This document shows positions 1 through 9,894 of a DNA stretch of 64,000 nt, piece after piece. This stretch comes from Azolla caroliniana (Eukaryota; Plantae; Polypodiophyta). The number at the start of each line of letters is the position of its first letter. Position 1 is the stretch's first letter. Made by a program: the position numbers and the translations under genes. Where the stretch lies: the NCBI GenBank assembly GCA_043228905.1, contig JBHGNT010000003.1, positions 22,134,001 to 22,198,000 of the forward strand. Reading direction: 5' to 3'. The notes beneath the pieces were generated by a model. It ran no database searches. It was not told the DNA's origin and saw only the letters and a list, made by a program, of their open reading frames with translations.

Positions 1-1612
1 ACTCCACTTCAGAGCATCTTTTGCAAGCACTTAACAAAGATAACCACATATCTTCAGATCGAGGATTTACCATTGTTTCTAGAAACTTTTCTGCCTCATA
101 CAAATCCCCCACCCTTCCAAGAAGATCAACTAAGCAGGTAAAGTGATCAATGCTAGGAACAATCCCAAATTTTGATGTCATTAACTTGAAATACACTAGA
201 CCTTTGTTCACAAACTTGGCCTGCCTACACGCACTTAGAATGCATGTGAAAGTGATTGCATCTGGCACCACACCCTCTTCTTGCATGCATTCAAAGTAAT
301 GGATAGCTAATGTGGCCTCATGATTTGTACCATGTCCTTTGATCATAGCATTCCATGATACCACATCTCGCGTCTGGAGTCTGTCAAAAACTTTTTTCCC
401 ATCTGAAAGCAACCCACATTTTGCATACATATCAACCAATGTGTTTCCAATGAATGCATCCATTTCAAAAGCCTTTATAACAATCTCTCCATGCATATCT
501 AGGCCTTTTTCTATGGCCCCTATAGTGCCACAAGCTTTTAGCGCATAAACTAATGTGTATTCATCCCGATAAATACCCTTTTCCAGCATTTTATCGAAAT
601 AATTCAACGCTTCACGGACAGGTCCATGTTCTACATACCCAGCAATAAGAGAATTCCACACTATGATGTCCTGAATTGGCATACTATTAAACACTTCCTT
701 TGCCTCCAGAAGTGAGCCACATTTCGCATACATGTCAACCAGCGCACTTCCAATGAAAACATCCTCCAAGAACCCCTTTAATGCAATCTCTATATGCATT
801 TCTTGACCCTTCTCGAGGTTCTTCAAGTTGCCACAAGCTTTCAAGATGCAAATGAGGGTCACATCATTTGAAGAGAAACCATGTAAAACCATTTGTTTAT
901 AACAATGTAACGCTTCTTGGCTATACCCATAACCAGAATATCCTGAAATCAAGGCCGTCCATGATACCACATTACGCGAGGGAATGTGGTCAAAAACTGC
1001 TCGCGCCTCCAAAAATGCATGGAATTTACAGTAAATGTCGATCAAGGTGCTACCCACAAATACATCTTTTTCTAGACCCTTTTCAACAATCTCAACATAA
1101 ATAGTTTGCACATCTTTTAGATTAGTACAAGCTTTCAGAAGTGCCACAAGTGTGTAGCTACTAGGGTATATAGAACTTTCTATCATCTTCATATAAAGGT
1201 GCAAAGTGTGTTGTATGTGACCATATCGAATATACCCAGACATGAGAGATGTCCATGAATGTACATTCTTGTGGATTAACTTGTCAAAGACTTCTTGGGC
1301 ACTAGCAATATTTCCACATTCAACAAGCATAGGAATGAGGTGGTTCCCAATGGTGGTATTCGATTCAAGCCCTTTGTTGTGGACGTATTCAAGGAGATTG
1401 TTAGCATTTACAAGATCCCTCTTTTTCTTGCAAACTTGTGAAATACATACCAATTTCTCCACCGAAAGAACACCAGAGACATGATTAAGGTTATCACAGA
1501 CATCATGAAAGGCTAGTTTTTCCCAACCAATCACATCTGACTGGGATGAAAATCTTACGTTATAATTATGATGATGTGGATAATTTCCTCTCAAGAAAGA
1601 CTTGTTTATCAT
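1..1612 (-). CDS. PLS-class pentatricopeptide repeat protein with E domain (organellar RNA-editing factor type); 3' end lies outside the window
   Basis: Manual minus-strand translation gives GNHLIPMLVECGNIASAQEVFDKLIHKNVHSWTSLMSGY and, near base 1, GIVPSIDHFTCLVDLLGRVGDLYEAEKFLETM...WLSLLSACK (S2/E motifs). The first in-frame ATG is at 1612, just after an in-frame TAA. It is missing from the ORF track, presumably because it has no stop in the window. Confidence 0.92.
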   Translation of the reverse strand, partial: MINKSFLRGNYPHHHNYNVRFSSQSDVIGWEKLAFHDVCDNLNHVSGVLSVEKLVCISQVCKKKRDLVNANNLLEYVHNKGLESNTTIGNHLIPMLVECGNIASAQEVFDKLIHKNVHSWTSLMSGYIRYGHIQHTLHLYMKMIESSIYPSSYTLVALLKACTNLKDVQTIYVEIVEKGLEKDVFVGSTLIDIYCKFHAFLEARAVFDHIPSRNVVSWTALISGYSGYGYSQEALHCYKQMVLHGFSSNDVTLICILKACGNLKNLEKGQEMHIEIALKGFLEDVFIGSALVDMYAKCGSLLEAKEVFNSMPIQDIIVWNSLIAGYVEHGPVREALNYFDKMLEKGIYRDEYTLVYALKACGTIGAIEKGLDMHGEIVIKAFEMDAFIGNTLVDMYAKCGLLSDGKKVFDRLQTRDVVSWNAMIKGHGTNHEATLAIHYFECMQEEGVVPDAITFTCILSACRQAKFVNKGLVYFKLMTSKFGIVPSIDHFTCLVDLLGRVGDLYEAEKFLETMVNPRSEDMWLSLLSACKRCSEVE

Positions 1613-1970
1613 GACATCCCAAAAAAGGTATTACCATCATTATCCAGTGAATATCTTTCTCTCAAGAAATGCTTGCCCCTCGTGGCATGATAAAACAATG
1701 CCTTTAAAATCATATTTCTGTGGATATCTTCCTCTCAAGAATGACGTATTCATCATAATATATGTTAAATTCCTTTACAATCATGTGATCTTGTCGATAT
1801 ATTATTCAAGGCAGACTTGTTCATCGTGGCAAATGATCAAAAACAATATAGTTACAATCGTATAATCTAGTTGATATCTTCCTCCTATCAAGACATTACA
1901 TTGTCCAGAATTTACATTTATAATCATATGATATTGTTGATATCTTCCTCCTATTAAGAAAATCACCTTG
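1565..1970. repeat. Degenerate ~70-bp tandem repeat, about 6 copies
   Basis: The core GATATCTTCCTCTCAAGAA or a variant recurs near 1580, 1651, 1722, 1796, 1873 and 1939. Confidence 0.6.
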
Positions 1971-3257
1971 TATGTATATAACTGAGTTACAGGAAGGGAG
2001 AGATCTCTAGTTCCTTAGCTTAGATGAAACATATGTATATTTCTGAGAAACAGAGCTCAGTTATAAATACATGTTGAGGGTAAGATACTAGAGTTTATGC
2101 ATTAGCAAAATTGGTTGAACTTGATTTAGCATATAACTTTTCAACGTTTGTATAGCGTGTTCACTGATGTAAATTTGGAACAATGTAATTTCTCGATAAG
2201 AGGATAATATAAACAATGTATAAGCAAAAATGAATGGAAGATCTGTTATCATCAAATCAATTAATGGTTAAATACAAGCAGAAGGACGCATACAGATAAC
2301 CTCTGAGAACAAGAAAATTCAGAAAAATACCGAAATAAAAACACAGAAAAAGAAGAAAAAAACAAAAGTTGAAAGAATTGTGGGCTCTAGTATTTTGACT
2401 CACCAAATTTGGTGGTAATCTCCACCATATCATATCCATCCATGGGCCGAGTATCTTTCCATGGGCAGAGAGTACCTATATGTATCTACGCCCAAACCTG
2501 TGAACAAAAAGCATGAAGTGTGAAAGAGAGACATATCATGGGTTTTCCCAAACTTCCTTGGTCTTTCAACGAAATAGTTTGTTGTCCGGCCGAGAAATTT
2601 TTCTTTGTCCCACAATTTCCTCTTCATCATGAATCAAATGACACGGGATTACACCACAATTTGGCAATCCTATCTCTTTTTGTATAGGCGCATTGTTATT
2701 CCCTACATATAATTGTCTTTTTTCTCCCAACCTCCAAGTTGAAAACTTGGATAGACATTCCAAGGATTGAGGTCGCCACATCTCTTTCCCATTGTCACTT
2801 GAGAAAAAGTGAGAAACCTACGAGTAGTTTGTTCATTTGTGAAAATGCGTGAGTGTGGCTAACATGAAAAACTTTTCTTATTCCATGAGTGAGGGCTTGC
2901 CTTGGGACTAATTGTTCATGGCACACTTCCCTTTGTCATGTTCCAAACCTGAACAAGATGTTATATGCCCTGCTTTTTTCAGACGCCAATGTTTTTTGTG
3001 TCGAGTCAATATGTATTTATGTATAGAGAATCAATTTGAACCTAGCCAAATCGAACCCCACAATCAACAATCAATAAGGAATAGTTTATGCTTTGTACTT
3101 CATTTCCAAAGAAAGTATAAACAAGCGACATAAAGGATTTGGAAACACTTGTAAATGGAGATTGGTGCATAATGGGCTCTTTCTCTACAAAATATTGAAC
3201 AATTGGGAAATACTAGTAATCATATTTGTACAAAAGGGTTAATAGTTCAACAATCAA

Positions 3258-3340
3258 GTTAATTTGCCCGAGAGGTTAAGGGGAGCGACTTAAGATCGCT
3301 AGCACTCAATTATGCATGGGTTAAAACCCCACAGTCAACA
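3258..3340 (+). pseudogene. tRNA-Leu(UAA) degenerate copy
   Basis: Anticodon arm AGCGA-CTTAAGA-TCGCT is intact. T-loop is TTAAAAC and the variable arm is mispaired. Confidence 0.7.
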
Positions 3341-3460
3341 ATCGATGAGGAATAGGTCATGTTATGTGTTGCCTTTAAAATGCAAGTATAAACAAACATG
3401 GTGAAGTATGGGAAACACTTGTAAACGGAGATTGGTGCATGATGGTTTCTTTGGCTATTT

Positions 3461-4278
3461 TTTTACCATAAAACATATGCTCCATTGGTATTAATAAAAA
3501 GCCCGGAGGCAGTATACAAATAGTACATAATATTGTTTCATCTCCACCAGTATATCTGAAATGATTCTAGTATTTGTAAAAACTGTTGGGAAAAAAAACA
3601 GCCATAAAACACAACATTGATTCCAGTGATCTGTTGCAGATTCCATGTCCTCCGTCTTTCCAATCATATGTGTCAGGTGTAAGAAGATTTCCGTCTCTGT
3701 AAGAAGATTCACCATCCCAACAGAAACAGTTGCAAACAGATCTGAAGTGATTCCAACATTTGTAAAAACTGTTGGGAAGAAAAAAACAGACCATGAAAAT
3801 GAAATGTACTATACTAATTCCACCTCTCACCCCATTTGCTTCGATCCCCACAACTTATTCACTCTCCCTTCATGATGTGCTTAGGCCCCCTCACCATCAT
3901 CACTCCTAAAAACAACCAAATTGCTTCATTCAATCCACCTCCACCATCTCGCCGAATGCCACCAATGTCCTGTGGAATTAACAACAAAATAAATAAAAAA
4001 TTCCTCATCCCCTCATGAGTTGCTTCGATCCCCCCCACCATCATCACTCCTAAAACAGACACATTGCTTCCTTTAGTCCACATCCACCATCTCGCCGAAT
4101 AGCACCAATGTCCTGTGCAATGAATCAACAAAAATGAGAAATTGTTCCTCATTCCCTCATGATTTGCTTCGTTCCCCCACACCATCGTCACTCCTAAAAA
4201 CAGAGAAATTGCTTCAGTCAAACCACATCCACCATCTCGCCGAATACCACCTCTGACCTATACAAAAACAAGTGAATA
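3461..4278 (-). mobile_element. ~820-bp insertion with a 19-bp flanking duplication (retroposon-like), containing internal ~140-bp tandem repeats
   Basis: ATGGTTTCTTTGGCTATTT occurs at 3442-3460 and 4279-4297. There is a short T-run at the left end. Three copies of CATGA...CACCATCATCACTCCTAAAA...CCACCATCTCGCCGAAT lie at ~3870-4250. Confidence 0.65.
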
Positions 4279-4340
4279 ATGGTTTCTTTGGCTATTTCTC
4301 TACAAAATAATAAGTTGGCTCTAAATAAGGTAACAATCAA

Positions 4341-4423
4341 GTTGATTTGCCCGAGTGGTTAAGGGGAGTGACTTAAGATCGCTTGCACTCAAGTGCTCGT
4401 GGGTTCGAACCCCACAATCAACA
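4341..4423 (+). tRNA. tRNA-Leu(UAA)
   Basis: Full cloverleaf: acceptor GTTGATT/AATCAAC+A, anticodon arm AGTGA-CTTAAGA-TCGCT (one G:U), variable arm GCAC-TCAA-GTGC, T arm GTGGG-TTCGAAC-CCCAC. Confidence 0.88.
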
Positions 4424-4614
4424 ATCAATGAGGAATAGTTTATGCTTTGTGCTTCCTTCCTAAAGAAAGTATAAACAAACAAGGTGATGGATTTGGAAAC
4501 ACTTGTAATTGGGGATTGGTGCAGAAAGGGCTCTTCATCTATAAACTATTGACTAATTGGGAAACAATAGTAATCATATTTGTATTGAAGGGTTGAACAC
4601 AATTCAACAATCAA

Positions 4615-4697
4615 GTTGATTTGTCCAAGTGGTTAAGGGGAGCATCATAAGATCGCTTGCACTTAAGTGTGTGTGGGGTGGAAACCCACAGTCAACA
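4615..4697 (+). pseudogene. tRNA-Leu(UAA) degenerate B-type copy
   Basis: Anticodon stem and loop and the T-loop (GTGGAAA) are disrupted. Confidence 0.7.
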
Positions 4698-4903
4698 GTC
4701 AATGAGGAGTAGGTTACACTCAGGTGCGCGCAGTCAACAATCAATGAGGAATAGGTTATGTTATGTGTTGCCTTTAAAATGCAAGTATAAACAAGCAAGG
4801 GGAAGGATTGGGAAACACTTGTAATTGGAGTTTGGTGCATGATGGTTTCTTTGGCTACTTCTCTACAAAATAACAAGGTGTCTCTAAGTAATTTAATAAT
4901 CAA

Positions 4904-4986
4904 GTTGATTTGCCCGAGTGGTTAAGGGGAGCGACCTAAGATCACTTGCACTCAAGTGCTCGTGGGTTCGAACCCCACAATCAACA
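4904..4986 (+). tRNA. tRNA-Leu(UAA), imperfect A-type copy
   Basis: U33>C in the anticodon loop (CCTAAGA) and one C-A mismatch in the anticodon stem; otherwise consensus. Confidence 0.55.
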
Positions 4987-5177
4987 ATCAATGAGGAAAA
5001 GTTTATGCTTTGTGCTTCCTTCCTAAAGAAAGTATAAACAAGCAAGATGAAGGATTTGGAAACACTTGTAATTGGGGATTGGTGCAGAATGGGCTCTTCA
5101 TCTACAAAATAGTGACTAATTGGGAAACAATAGTAATCAGATTTGTATGGAAGGGTTGAACATAGTTCAACAATCAA

Positions 5178-5260
5178 GTTGATTTGCCCGAGTGGTTAAG
5201 GTGAGCGACTTAAGATTGCTTGCACTTAAGTGTGCGTGGGGTCAAACCTCATAGTCAACA
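5178..5260 (+). pseudogene. tRNA-Leu(UAA) degenerate B-type copy
   Basis: T-loop is GTCAAAC; D-stem mismatch. Confidence 0.7.
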
Positions 5261-5466
5261 ATCATTGAGGAATTGGTTACAGTCAAGTGTGCGCAGTCAA
5301 CAATCAATGAGGAATAGGTTATGTTATGTGTTGCTTTTAAAATGGAAGTATAAACAAGTAAGGTGAAGGATTGGGAAATACTTGTAATCGGAGATTGGTG
5401 CATGATGGTTTCTTTGGCTATTTCTCTGCAAAATAACAAGGTGGCTCTAAATAACTTAATAATCAA

Positions 5467-5549
5467 GTTGATTTGCCCGAGTGGTTAAGGGGAGCGACTT
5501 AAGATCGCTTGCACTCAAGTGCTCGTGGGTTCGAACCCCACAATCAACA
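5467..5549 (+). tRNA. tRNA-Leu(UAA)
   Basis: Perfect consensus GTTGATTTGCCCGAGTGGTTAAGGGGAGCGACTTAAGATCGCTTGCACTCAAGTGCTCGTGGGTTCGAACCCCACAATCAACA. All stems pair and the A and B boxes are intact. Confidence 0.92.
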
Positions 5550-5740
5550 ATCAATGAGGAATAGTTTATGCTTTGTGCTTCCTTCCTAAAGAAAGTATAA
5601 ACAAGCAAGGTGAAGGATTTGGAAACACTTGTAATTGGGGATTGGTGCAGAATGGGCTCTTCATCTACAAAATAGTGACTAATTGGGAAACAATAGTAAT
5701 CATATTTGTATGGAAGGGTTGAACATAATTCAACAATCAA

Positions 5741-5823
5741 GTTGATTTGCCCGAGTGGTTAAGGGGAGGGACTTAAGATCGCTTGTACTTAAGTGTGGGT
5801 GGGGTCGAACCCCACAATCAATA
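5741..5823 (+). pseudogene. tRNA-Leu(UAA) degenerate B-type copy
   Basis: T54>G (GGGGTCGAAC) and a G-G mismatch in the anticodon stem. Confidence 0.65.
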
Positions 5824-6031
5824 GTCAATTAGGAATTGGTTACAGTCAACTGTGTGCAGTCAACAATCAATGAGGAATAGGTAACATGTTATGTGTTGCC
5901 TTTAAAATGCAAGTATAAACAAGCAAGGTGAAGGATTGGGAAACACTTGTAATCGGAGATTGGTGCATGATGGTTTCTTTGGCTATTTCTCTACAAAATA
6001 ACAAGGTGGCTCTAAATAACTTAATAATCAA

Positions 6032-6114
6032 GTTGATTTACCCGAGTGGTTAAGGGGAGCGACTTAAGATCGCTTGCACGCAAGTGCTCGTGGGTTCGAA
6101 CACCACAATCAACA
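6032..6114 (+). tRNA. tRNA-Leu(UAA), near-intact A-type copy
   Basis: Consensus except for a T-stem mismatch (TTCGAAC-ACCAC) and two unpaired substitutions. Confidence 0.6.
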
Positions 6115-6305
6115 ATCAATGAGGAATAGTTTATGCTTTGTGCTTCCTTCCTAAAGAAAGTATAAACAAACAAGGTGAAGGATTTGGAAACACTTGTAAT
6201 TGGGGATTGGTGCAGAATGGGCTCTTCATCTACAAACTATTGAATAATTGGGAAACAATAGTAATCACATTTGTATAGAAGGGTTGAACACAGTTCAACA
6301 AACAA

Positions 6306-6386
6306 GTTGATTTACCTAAGTGGTTAAGGGGCGCATCTTAAGATCATTTGCTCTCAAGCGTGCGGGGTTCGACCCCACAGTCAACA
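6306..6386 (+). pseudogene. tRNA-Leu(UAA) degenerate B-type copy
   Basis: Multiple substitutions and small deletions. Confidence 0.65.
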
Positions 6387-6591
6387 GTCAATGAGGAATT
6401 GGTTACACTCAAGTGTGCGCAGTCAACAACCGATGAGGAATAGGTCGTGTTATGTGTTGCCTTTAAAATGCAAGCATAAACAAACATGGTGAAGTATGGG
6501 AAACGCTTGTAAATGGAGATTGGTGCATGATTGTTTCTTTGGCTATTTCTCTACAAAATAACAAGATGGCTCTAAATAAGGTAACAATCAA

Positions 6592-6674
6592 GTTGATTTG
6601 CCCGAGTGGTTAAGGGGAGCGACTTAAGATCGCTTGCACTCAAGTGCTCGTGCGTTCGAACCCCACAATCAAAG
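6592..6674 (+). tRNA. tRNA-Leu(UAA), imperfect A-type copy
   Basis: T-stem GTGCG mismatch; a small deletion clips the acceptor 3' end. Confidence 0.5.
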
Positions 6675-6858
6675 AGGAATAGTTTATGCTTTGTGCTTCC
6701 TTCCTAAAGAAAGTATAAACAAGCAAGGTGATGGATTTGGAAACACTTGTAATTGGGGATTGGTGCAGAAAGGGCTCTTCATCTACAAAATATTGACTAA
6801 TTGGGAAACAATAGTAATCATATTTGTATTGAAGGGTTGAACACAATTCAACAATCAA

Positions 6859-6941
6859 ATTGATTTGCCCGAGTGGTTAAGGGGAGCGTCTTAAGATTGC
6901 TTGCACTTAAGTGTGCGTGGGGTCAAAACCCACAGTCAACA
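6859..6941 (+). pseudogene. tRNA-Leu(UAA) degenerate B-type copy
   Basis: T-loop is GTCAAAA; G1>A. Confidence 0.65.
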
Positions 6942-7147
6942 GTCAATGAGGAGTAGGTTACACTCAAATGTGCGCAGTCAACAATCAATGAGGAATAGCT
7001 AATGTTATGTGTTGCCTTTAAAATGGAAGTATAAACAAGCAAGGGGAAGGATTGGGAAACACTTGTAAATGGAGATTGGTGCATGATGGTTTCTTTGGCT
7101 ACTTCTCTACAAAATAACAAGGTGGCTCTAAGTAACTTAACAATCAA

Positions 7148-7230
7148 GTTGATTTGCCCGAGTGGTTAAGGGGAGCGACTTAAGATCGCTTGCACTCAAG
7201 TGCTCGTGGGTTCGAACCCCACAATCAACA
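7148..7230 (+). tRNA. tRNA-Leu(UAA)
   Basis: Identical to the perfect consensus at 5467. Confidence 0.92.
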
Positions 7231-7421
7231 ATCACTAAGGAATTGTTTATGCTTTGTGCTTCCTTCCTAAAGAAAGTATAAACAAGTAAGGTGAAGGATT
7301 TGGAAACACTTGTAATTGGGGATTGGTGCAGAATGGGCTCTTCATCTACAAAATAGTGACTAATTGGGAAACAATAGTAATCATATTTGTATGGAAGGGT
7401 TGAACATAGTTCAACTATCAA

Positions 7422-7504
7422 GTTGATTTGCCCGAGTGGTTAAGGGGAGCGACTTAAGATCGTTTGCACTTAAGTGTGGGTGGGGTCGAACCCCACAGTC
7501 AACA
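7422..7504 (+). pseudogene. tRNA-Leu(UAA) B-type copy; stems pair but the B box is mutated
   Basis: T54>G (GTGGG-GTCGAAC-CCCAC); the other changes are mostly G:U-compatible. Confidence 0.55.
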
Positions 7505-7710
7505 GTCAATGAGGAGTAGGTTACACTCAAATGTGCGCAGTCAACAATCAATGAGGAATAGCTAATGTTATGTGTTGCCTTTAAAATGGAAGTATAAACA
7601 AGCAAGGGGAAGGATTGGGAAACACTTGTAAATGGAGATTGGTGCATGATGGTTTCTTTGGCTACTTCTCTACAAAATAACAAGGTGGCTCTAAATAACT
7701 TAATAATCAA

Positions 7711-7793
7711 GTTGATTTGCCCGAGTTGTTAAGGGGAGTGACTTAAGATCACTTGCACTCAAGTGCTCGTGCGTTCGAACCCCACAATCAACA
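7711..7793 (+). pseudogene. tRNA-Leu(UAA) imperfect A-type copy
   Basis: D-loop GG>TG and a T-stem mismatch. The anticodon stem AGTGA/TCACT still pairs. Confidence 0.55.
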
Positions 7794-7983
7794 ATCAATG
7801 AGGAATAGTTTAGGCTTTGTGCTTCCTTCCTAAGAAAGTATAAACAAGCAAGGTGAAGGATTTGGAAACACTTGTAATTGGGGATTGGTGCAAAATGGGC
7901 TCTTCATCTACAAAATAGTGACTAATTGGGAAACAATAGTAATCATATTTGTATGGAAGGGTTGAACATAGTTCAACAATCAA

Positions 7984-8066
7984 GTTGATTTGCCCAAGTA
8001 GTTAAGGGGAGCATCTTAAGATCGCTTGCACTTAAGTGTGTGTGGGGTGGAAACCCACAGTCAACA
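7984..8066 (+). pseudogene. tRNA-Leu(UAA) degenerate B-type copy
   Basis: Shares the T-loop GTGGAAA and AGCATC lesions with the copy at 4615. Confidence 0.7.
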
Positions 8067-8272
8067 GTCAATGAGGAGTAGGTTACACCCAGGTGTGCGC
8101 AGTCAACAATCAATGAGGAATAGGTTATGTTATGTGTTGCCTTTAAAATGCAAGTATAACCAAGCAAGGTGAAGGATCGGGAAACACTTGTAATCGGAGG
8201 TTGGTGCATGATGGTTTCTTTGGCTATTTCTCTAAAAAGTAACAAGGTGGCTCTAAATAGCTTAATAATCAA

Positions 8273-8355
8273 GTTGATTTGCCCGAGTGGTTAAGGGGAG
8301 CGACTTAAGATCGCTTGCACTCAAGTGCTCGTGGGTTCGAACCCCACAATCAACA
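8273..8355 (+). tRNA. tRNA-Leu(UAA)
   Basis: Identical to the perfect consensus. Confidence 0.92.
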
Positions 8356-8534
8356 ATCAATGAGGAATAGTTTATGCTTTGTGCTTCCTTCCTAAAGAAA
8401 GTATAAACAAGCAAGGAGAAGGATTTGGAAACACTTGTAATTGGGGATTGGTGCAGAATGGGCTCTTCATCTACAAAATATTGAATAATTGCGAAACTAT
8501 AGTAATTATATTTGTAAGGGGTATTGATAATAAA

Positions 8535-8617
8535 TTTGATTTGCCCGAGTGGTTAAGGGGAGGGACTTAAGATCGCTTGTACTTAAGTGTGGGTGGGGTC
8601 GAACCCCACAATCAATA
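8535..8617 (+). pseudogene. tRNA-Leu(UAA) degenerate B-type copy
   Basis: Nearly identical to the copy at 5741 (AGGGA stem, GGGGTCGAAC). Confidence 0.65.
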
Positions 8618-8825
8618 GTCAATTAGGAATTGGTTACAGTCAAGTGTGTGCAGTCAACAATCAATGAGGAATAGGTAACATGTTATGTGTTGCCTTTAAA
8701 ATGCAAGTATAAACAAGCAAGGTGAAGGATTGGGAAACACTTGTAATCGGAGATTGGTGCATGATGGTTTCTTTGGCTATTTCTCTGCAAAATAACAAGG
8801 TGGCTCTAAATAACTTAATAATCAA

Positions 8826-8908
8826 GTTGATTTGCCCGAGTGGTTAAGGGGAGCGACTTAAGATCGCTTGCACTCAAGTGCTCGTGGGTTCGAACCCCAC
8901 AATCAACA
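8826..8908 (+). tRNA. tRNA-Leu(UAA)
   Basis: Identical to the perfect consensus. Confidence 0.92.
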
Positions 8909-9165
8909 ATCAATGAGGAATAGTTTATGCTTTGTGCTTCCTTCCTAAAGAAAGTATAAGCAAGCAAGGTGAAGGATTTGGAAACACTTGTAATTGGGGA
9001 TTGGTGCAAAAAGGGCTCTTCATCTACAAAATATTGACTAATTGGGAAACAATAGTAATCATATTTGTATAGAAGGGCGGGCTCTTCATTTACAAAATAT
9101 TGTCTAATTGGGAAACAATAGTAATCATATTTGTATAGAAGGGTTGAACATACTTCAACAATCAA

Positions 9166-9248
9166 GTTGATTTGCCCGAGCGGTTAAGGGGAGCAACCTA
9201 AGATTGCTTGCACTCAAGTGCTCGTGGGTTCGAACCCCGCAACCAACA
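9166..9248 (+). tRNA. tRNA-Leu(UAA), imperfect A-type copy
   Basis: AGCAA/TTGCT stem pairs, loop is CCTAAGA (C33), one acceptor mismatch, B box intact. Confidence 0.45.
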
Positions 9249-9439
9249 ATCAATGATGAAAAGTTTATGCTTTGTGCTTCCTTTCCAAAGAAAGTATAAA
9301 TAAGCAAGGTGAAAGATTTGGAAACACTTGTAATTGGGGATTGGTGCATAATGGGCTCTTTCTCTACAAAATATTAAACAATTGGGAAACACTAATAATC
9401 ATATTAGTACAGAAGGGTTGAACATAGGTCAACAATCAA

Positions 9440-9522
9440 GTTGATTTGCCCGAGTGGTTAAGGGGAGTGACTTAAGATTGCTTGCACTCAAGTGTGTGTG
9501 GGTTCGAACTCCACAGTCTGCA
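9440..9522 (+). pseudogene. tRNA-Leu(UAA) degenerate copy
   Basis: Acceptor 3' strand AGTCTGC is mispaired; several G:U changes. Confidence 0.55.
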
Positions 9523-9894
9523 ATCAACGAGGAATAGATTATGTTATCTGTTGGCTTTAAAATGCAAGTATAAACAAACATTGTGAAGGATTGGGAAACA
9601 CTTGTCATTGGAGATTGGTGCATGATGGTTTCTTTGGCTATTTCACCACAAAATAACAAGGCGCCTCTAAATGTAACTCAAAAGTCAAGTTGATTTTCCC
9701 GAGTGGTTAAGGGTAGTGACTTGACTTAAGATCGCTTGCCCTCAAGTGCAACAGTTGTAATTGGAGATTGGTGCATAATGGGCTCTTTCTCTACAAAATA
9801 TTGAACAATTGGGAAACACTAGTAACCAGATTTGGATAGAAGGGTTGAATATAGTTCAACAATCAAGTTAATTTTCCTGAGTGGTTAAGGGGAG

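Larger units (their letters stand above)
3051..9894 (+). repeat. Tandem tRNA-Leu(UAA) gene array, ~563-bp dimer (274-bp A unit + 289-bp B unit); decayed remnants continue to ~13600
   Basis: tRNA starts at 3258, 4341, 4615, 4904, 5178, 5467, 5741, 6032, 6306, 6592, 6859, 7148, 7422, 7711, 7984, 8273, 8535, 8826, 9166, 9440, 9689 and 9867, with homologous spacers. Confidence 0.95.

Noticed and set aside
4424-4614. Spacer as a bona fide C/D box snoRNA
   Set aside because: A box-C-like ATGAGGA is present, but I found no CTGA box D or terminal stem. Kept only as a test within the polycistron finding.
4904-9248. Possible amber-suppressor (CUA) anticodons in the copies at 4904 and 9166
   Set aside because: Stem register gives the loop CC-TAA-GA, so the anticodon stays UAA with a U33>C lesion.
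4604-9659. Repeated 64-116 aa minus-strand ORFs (MIVELCSTL..., MIIKLFRATL...)
   Set aside because: They are antisense readings of the tRNA repeat, mostly with non-ATG starts and stops that vary between copies.
4341-9680. CRISPR array or rDNA/5S array interpretation of the regular repeats
   Set aside because: The spacers are homologous rather than unique, the repeat folds as an 83-nt tRNA, there are no cas genes, and the context is eukaryotic.
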